From Myxococcales bacterium (GTDB lineage Bacteria; Myxococcota_A; Polyangia; Polyangiales; DASUME01), in assembly GCA_047601445.1 (NCBI GenBank), contig JASGJH010000001.1, forward strand, positions 4,352,001-4,416,000: 64,000 nt of DNA, written 5' to 3'. Position 1 is the stretch's first letter. Every line of letters starts with the position of its first letter. Under the pieces are notes generated by a model that saw only the letters and a list, made by a program, of their open reading frames with translations, did no database searches and was not told where the DNA came from. Of this stretch, positions 60,048-64,000 are shown one piece after another. The position numbers and the translations under genes were made by a program.

Positions 60048-60887
60048 TCAGATGTCGAAGGCGCCGGGAGGAAGCAGGGATGAGTCGACGGGAGCCCAGT
60101 CGCGCCTGATGATCTTTTCCATGGGTAGCGAGACGAGCCTCGCGCGCTCCTGCTTGGACATTTCGATGGGAAGCGCTGGAACTCCGCGCTTTTCGCCCCA
60201 TTTTTCCCACATGCCGCCGCTCTCGGTGATCCAGGCCCAGCGATCTTTGGCGATCAGAACGTCACCAGTCGGGAGTGAGAGCAAAAAATCTCGATGGTAA
60301 GGGTGAATGCTGTTGGTGAAAGAGGTGATGGTACTTGCAGACGTCAACTTGTGTCGCAAGCGAACGAGAGAAGACTCGGGACTGTTCAGGACGCGATCGT
60401 AGTAAGGCTGAATGATCGAGAACTGCTCGTTTGCGAGCAGCTTGACGTTTCCCTTTGCGATGCGCCGCGGATCCCCGGAGAGGATGTGCACCCAGGCATC
60501 GCGGTAGCTCATGCATGCCCGAGAGGTGTTGTCATACTGGGCTGCCAAAACCAGCGCGTTGTCCTCATCGTCGAGGATGGCCTCGTGCTGCCAGGCCAGG
60601 TCGTGAAAGATTGATTTTCCAATCTCGACCATGGTGCAAGTCAGAGAAGACTCTGTGCCAATGAGACGGAGACCTCCGACGACCCCACCGCCCGCCATTC
60701 TGCCCAGCCCCGCCCAAAGGAACAGGTCTGGGCGGGCAAGATACGTATCGCGATAGTAGTCGTACACCTTGAGAATGCGTGCCTCGTTAGCCGCGAAACC
60801 AAGCTTGGGATCCCAGGCCGCATCGTCGTACGTTCCGAATGCCTTCTCGTAGGCGCGCTCCACATAGAACTGCCGATCGCCCCCCAT
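60048..60887 (-). CDS. Hypothetical protein, DUF2515-like
   Basis: GGAGG RBS; FLWAGLGRMAG, IFHDLAWQHEA, GNVKLLANEQFSIIQPYYD. Family call is from memory. Confidence 0.7.
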   Translation of the reverse strand: MGGDRQFYVERAYEKAFGTYDDAAWDPKLGFAANEARILKVYDYYRDTYLARPDLFLWAGLGRMAGGGVVGGLRLIGTESSLTCTMVEIGKSIFHDLAWQHEAILDDEDNALVLAAQYDNTSRACMSYRDAWVHILSGDPRRIAKGNVKLLANEQFSIIQPYYDRVLNSPESSLVRLRHKLTSASTITSFTNSIHPYHRDFLLSLPTGDVLIAKDRWAWITESGGMWEKWGEKRGVPALPIEMSKQERARLVSLPMEKIIRRDWAPVDSSLLPPGAFDI

Positions 60888-61336
60888 CGCTCGCCTCCGA
60901 ATGCTCTCGGGTGCTGCTACGTCTGTTCGACCAAGCGTTCCTGTCGGACGCAGGACATCCCTGCCCGCGCTCTCTTGTGTCGCAGAGAATGTCGGTTAAG
61001 ACAATAGGTTCTTCAAACTAGGAGCGCGTCTGCGAGCCATGACAGGGGCACGCCTAAGCGACGTGCTGACGTCAGCAGTTGGCACACTGAAGTCTCTGCA
61101 TACGAGCTGAGTTGCGCTGCGTCAGCGCGATTCAGGCACGCATTCCAGGTTGGGAACACACCTGCTTCCACGCAACGTGGCTTCAGCCCGCGCAAGCTCA
61201 ACTTGGCGTGCCGCAAGCTCGGCCATGTGCCGGGATCGCCGCGAGAGCTTGTACCGATCGCGAATGAGTTCGGCATTTGCTGGGGTGGGCACCTTCGCGG
61301 GCGGGTGGATGGGATGCCCTTTGAGTTGGCGCGCCC

Positions 61337-62260
61337 CTAGGGTGCCCACGACCCGCCCACAGCCTGCCAACCCCGGGCCCAGCCCACCGCCGCTCCGGCA
61401 ACGATCCCTACGACCGTGTGACTGATCCACACCGACGGCTGACCGTGGAGAGCTCCGAGCAAGCTGCCGGCCACGGACGAGGATGCGCCAAGCGATACGC
61501 CGTGAATCACGATGGCCTTGCGCAGGCCCGCGGAGGCGCTGAGCCGCAGGCAAGCGAACTGCGAAACGATTGCGCTGAGTGACACACAAAACGCAAGCGC
61601 CGCTTCGATTCCGTCGTCCCGTACCACCCACACGAAGAGGGCGCTCAGGACGGAGACGCCGAGCAGCGCGCCGATTCGCCAGTTCTCATGAGTCCCAGCG
61701 AGGACGGCACCGAAGCCTACCCAGAGCGTCACCGTGAACTGAGGGTTCCAGATGTAGCCCTCCATCGAAGAGATTCCAGGCAAGTAGCCGAGCCGCGAGC
61801 CGTGGATGCACACGGCCGCCGCGAGGAGGGCCGCAGACGCCATCACCACGGGCCGTTTCACCAGCCTGTCCATTGCCTCGGCGGGTGTGCTCGGCGATTC
61901 CTCCGCCGGGAACTTCAGCAGAAGTGCGACCCCGAGCACCAGGAAGGAGACCCCTCCCAGTGCAGCACCGTGTTCGGACAATTTTCCGACCGAGAGGACG
62001 GATCCGACAAAGGCCAGCAGCGCGGCGACCGCGTCGACCTTCCACAGGGCCAACCACAAGCCAAGCCCGATCGTCACCGTGACACCGACGCGCGCTGGGG
62101 ACGAGAGCGGGAGCTCCGCAACGAGTTGGGCGAGCGACCAGCTCAGGCTTGGAACGATCGCCCAGTACGCAGCGCGAGCCCCCGCTCCTGCTTTTGGAGG
62201 CTCACCTTGAGATGAGGCCGAGCCGGACCGGAGATCGCACTCGTTCAAGGCCCTTTGCAT
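61337..62260 (-). CDS. Hypothetical polytopic membrane protein
   Basis: Many hydrophobic segments across about 300 aa; start uncertain. Confidence 0.65.
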   Translation of the reverse strand: MQRALNECDLRSGSASSQGEPPKAGAGARAAYWAIVPSLSWSLAQLVAELPLSSPARVGVTVTIGLGLWLALWKVDAVAALLAFVGSVLSVGKLSEHGAALGGVSFLVLGVALLLKFPAEESPSTPAEAMDRLVKRPVVMASAALLAAAVCIHGSRLGYLPGISSMEGYIWNPQFTVTLWVGFGAVLAGTHENWRIGALLGVSVLSALFVWVVRDDGIEAALAFCVSLSAIVSQFACLRLSASAGLRKAIVIHGVSLGASSSVAGSLLGALHGQPSVWISHTVVGIVAGAAVGWARGWQAVGGSWAP

Positions 62261-62345
62261 GAATGACCCCCAGTGGGCTGCGGCCATGCCTTAACTGACA
62301 CCGTGGCACCGAGCTCCTCGAGGAAGCTCGGTGCCCTACTCAGGA

Positions 62346-63131
62346 TCAGTAGCGGCAATGCGTCGTCTCCCACGGACGCTCGAACTCGCCCGTCTCGGGC
62401 ACATCGCGCTCGATGCTCGCCTCATCGACCCACATCGCGTGTTCGCTCTCGAAGCTCGGCTCATAGATCGCGTGTACGATCTCGTTGCCCGGTTCACGGT
62501 CCAACACGGCGTGTTCGCTGGACGCGCTCGCCGGCAGAAGACTGAGAGCCCTCTGGGCCAGCGACATGGACTGGTCCAGGAGGCTCGCAGCCCGGTCCGC
62601 GTTCGCCTTCAGTTCGGCTTCGCTTCCCGGAGCAGCCAGCAACGCGGTGGCTTCCTCAGCAAGCTTGTTCGCAAGCTGAAGCATCCCCTCGACGATCTTC
62701 AAGACGTCCTCCGCAGCGTTGGCCGCCCCTTTCGTCGCGTCCAGGGCATCGTTCGCCTTCTCGATCGTCGCCTTGGCCTCCTCGGAGCGGTCCGCCAGAT
62801 TCTTGATCAGGCGCCCCACGTGCACGGGCAGCAACGCAGCGTCCTCCGCCATGTGCAGCCCGTCCGTGACCACGCCAGTCTGTCGGTCGATTTCGACGAT
62901 CGGGGCCACCGGGGGGACGACCACGGTAAGAACTTCCGCGGGCGTGACCGGCTGTCCGGTGACCGCCTTCTCGACCACCTGAACCGGGATCCGCACCGGC
63001 GCGGTGATGACGTCGAAAATGTCGCCGAAGATGTCAGCCTTGGCCGGCATTCCGGATCCCAGGATCAGCGCCGCCAGCGCCGCCGCCGCAACCTTGTTTC
63101 GCACTTCGTTGGTCTTCTTCTGATTCTTCAT
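62346..63131 (-). CDS. Secreted hypothetical protein, helical/coiled-coil
   Basis: GGAGG RBS; signal peptide ending AKA; Ala/Glu/Lys-rich helical middle. Confidence 0.75.
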   Translation of the reverse strand: MKNQKKTNEVRNKVAAAALAALILGSGMPAKADIFGDIFDVITAPVRIPVQVVEKAVTGQPVTPAEVLTVVVPPVAPIVEIDRQTGVVTDGLHMAEDAALLPVHVGRLIKNLADRSEEAKATIEKANDALDATKGAANAAEDVLKIVEGMLQLANKLAEEATALLAAPGSEAELKANADRAASLLDQSMSLAQRALSLLPASASSEHAVLDREPGNEIVHAIYEPSFESEHAMWVDEASIERDVPETGEFERPWETTHCRY

Positions 63132-63272
63132 GGCTTCCTCCGTTCCCTTACTGTTCCCTGCAAGTCCGATCTTTTTTCATCGTTCGTTGCCAGCTTCGAT
63201 TTTTTGGGATCCGAGTTCGACGAACAGCAGCTCCCTCAATGCGCCGTGAGGCGCGACCTGCTCGATCGCGCC

Positions 63273-63533
63273 TCAGAAGTTCCACCCGAAGCACACGCCG
63301 CACGGATACGGACCCTCGAAGTGGTTCTTGGACGTATCCGGCAGCACGCAAACATCCCAGCAGAAGTTGACGAGTCCAGCGCAGTAGTGCTCGGTGTCAG
63401 CGCGCCCGTGGTAGCTGTCGCACCACTGCTTCGCCCGCTCGCCCCTGTCCTGGGCTTCGACCTGCGCGGCCCCAGACGCCGCGATCACACAAGCCACCGC
63501 CAAGACACCCGTATTGATCCAACCATTCTTCAT
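63273..63533 (-). CDS. Small secreted Cys-rich protein (86 aa)
   Basis: AAGGAG RBS; signal peptide; six Cys in the mature part, ending GPYPCGVCFGWNF. Confidence 0.75.
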   Translation of the reverse strand: MKNGWINTGVLAVACVIAASGAAQVEAQDRGERAKQWCDSYHGRADTEHYCAGLVNFCWDVCVLPDTSKNHFEGPYPCGVCFGWNF

Positions 63534-63659
63534 TGTCCGTCTCCTTACTGAGTGTTCCCCGCGAGCCATCTTTTGTTGCACGGTTTCTCTCCGACTTTCG
63601 ACATCCCGCTCGAACCAGCTCGAGCACTGAGCACTACACCAACCCAATCAAGCAAAAGC

Positions 63660-63693
63660 AAAGCCCCGGACTGCACACGCCGTCCGGGGCTTT
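63660..63693 (-). terminator. Rho-independent terminator-like hairpin
   Basis: 12-bp perfect stem AAAGCCCCGGAC/GTCCGGGGCTTT with a 10-nt loop; followed on the minus strand by TGCTTTTGCTT, just downstream of the 63715 stop. Confidence 0.7.
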
Positions 63694-63714
63694 CCGCGGT
63701 CCTATTGGCGCTTG

Positions 63715-64000
63715 TCAGCGATTGGTTTTGTTTTGATTCCGGCCGCTCGTTCTTGGAAGCGTCGCTGGGCCGGCCCCATCCGAAGGGACTTCATGGTCAT
63801 CGACTGTGCCGGATAGTGGCGATGTATTTTCTGTCATCATCTGCATGATTGCGTCTTCTGCACTCGAGGCGTCCTCGGTGGCGTCGCGCTCTGCTCTACG
63901 GGCCTCTATGGCCGCGCTCAGATGACGTTTACGTTCTTCGATGACCGCAAGGAGTTCATTGTACGCAGCTGCCACCTCAGCTCTCGCTTGCTCGAGCTCT
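63715..64000 (-). CDS. 3' end of a hypothetical coiled-coil protein; runs off the right edge
   Basis: Open frame ELEQARAEVAAAYNELLAVIEERKRHL... continues to the window edge. Confidence 0.5.
   Translation of the reverse strand, partial: ELEQARAEVAAAYNELLAVIEERKRHLSAAIEARRAERDATEDASSAEDAIMQMMTENTSPLSGTVDDHEVPSDGAGPATLPRTSGRNQNKTNR

Noticed and set aside
61013..61330. HTH-like fragment ARRLGVPLSWL
   Set aside because: A single short motif in a weak ORF.

Overview
GC-rich bacterial DNA with myxobacterial (Polyangia/Sorangium-like) gene content; the taxonomy is inferred. I see no rRNA, tRNA, CRISPR array, transposase or integrase. The left part holds signalling genes (Ser/Thr kinases, hybrid histidine kinases, an ECF sigma-YciI-DoxX operon) and an S9 peptidase. 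The strongest candidate for a new system is a five-gene RiPP-like operon at about 20.9-28.1 kb. It encodes a V8-like serine protease with an NHLP-leader-like N-terminus, a 280-aa precursor with six identical RPGGSAAFLDIHYHGKEGISSLP cassettes, two B12-type Cx7Cx2C radical SAM methyltransferases and a YydG/EpeE-like radical SAM enzyme. Also notable: an FAD oxidoreductase-pYEATS-like-methyltransferase fusion divergent from a patatin operon; several secreted protease or toxin-like genes; and a 16-kb operon of large uncharacterised proteins (DUF6603-type) with a HEAT domain at one end and an E-to-Q zincin domain at the other. Family names come from motif recognition by eye, not database searches. 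At least two apparent single-base frameshifts suggest indel errors or gene decay, so fusions should be checked against reads.
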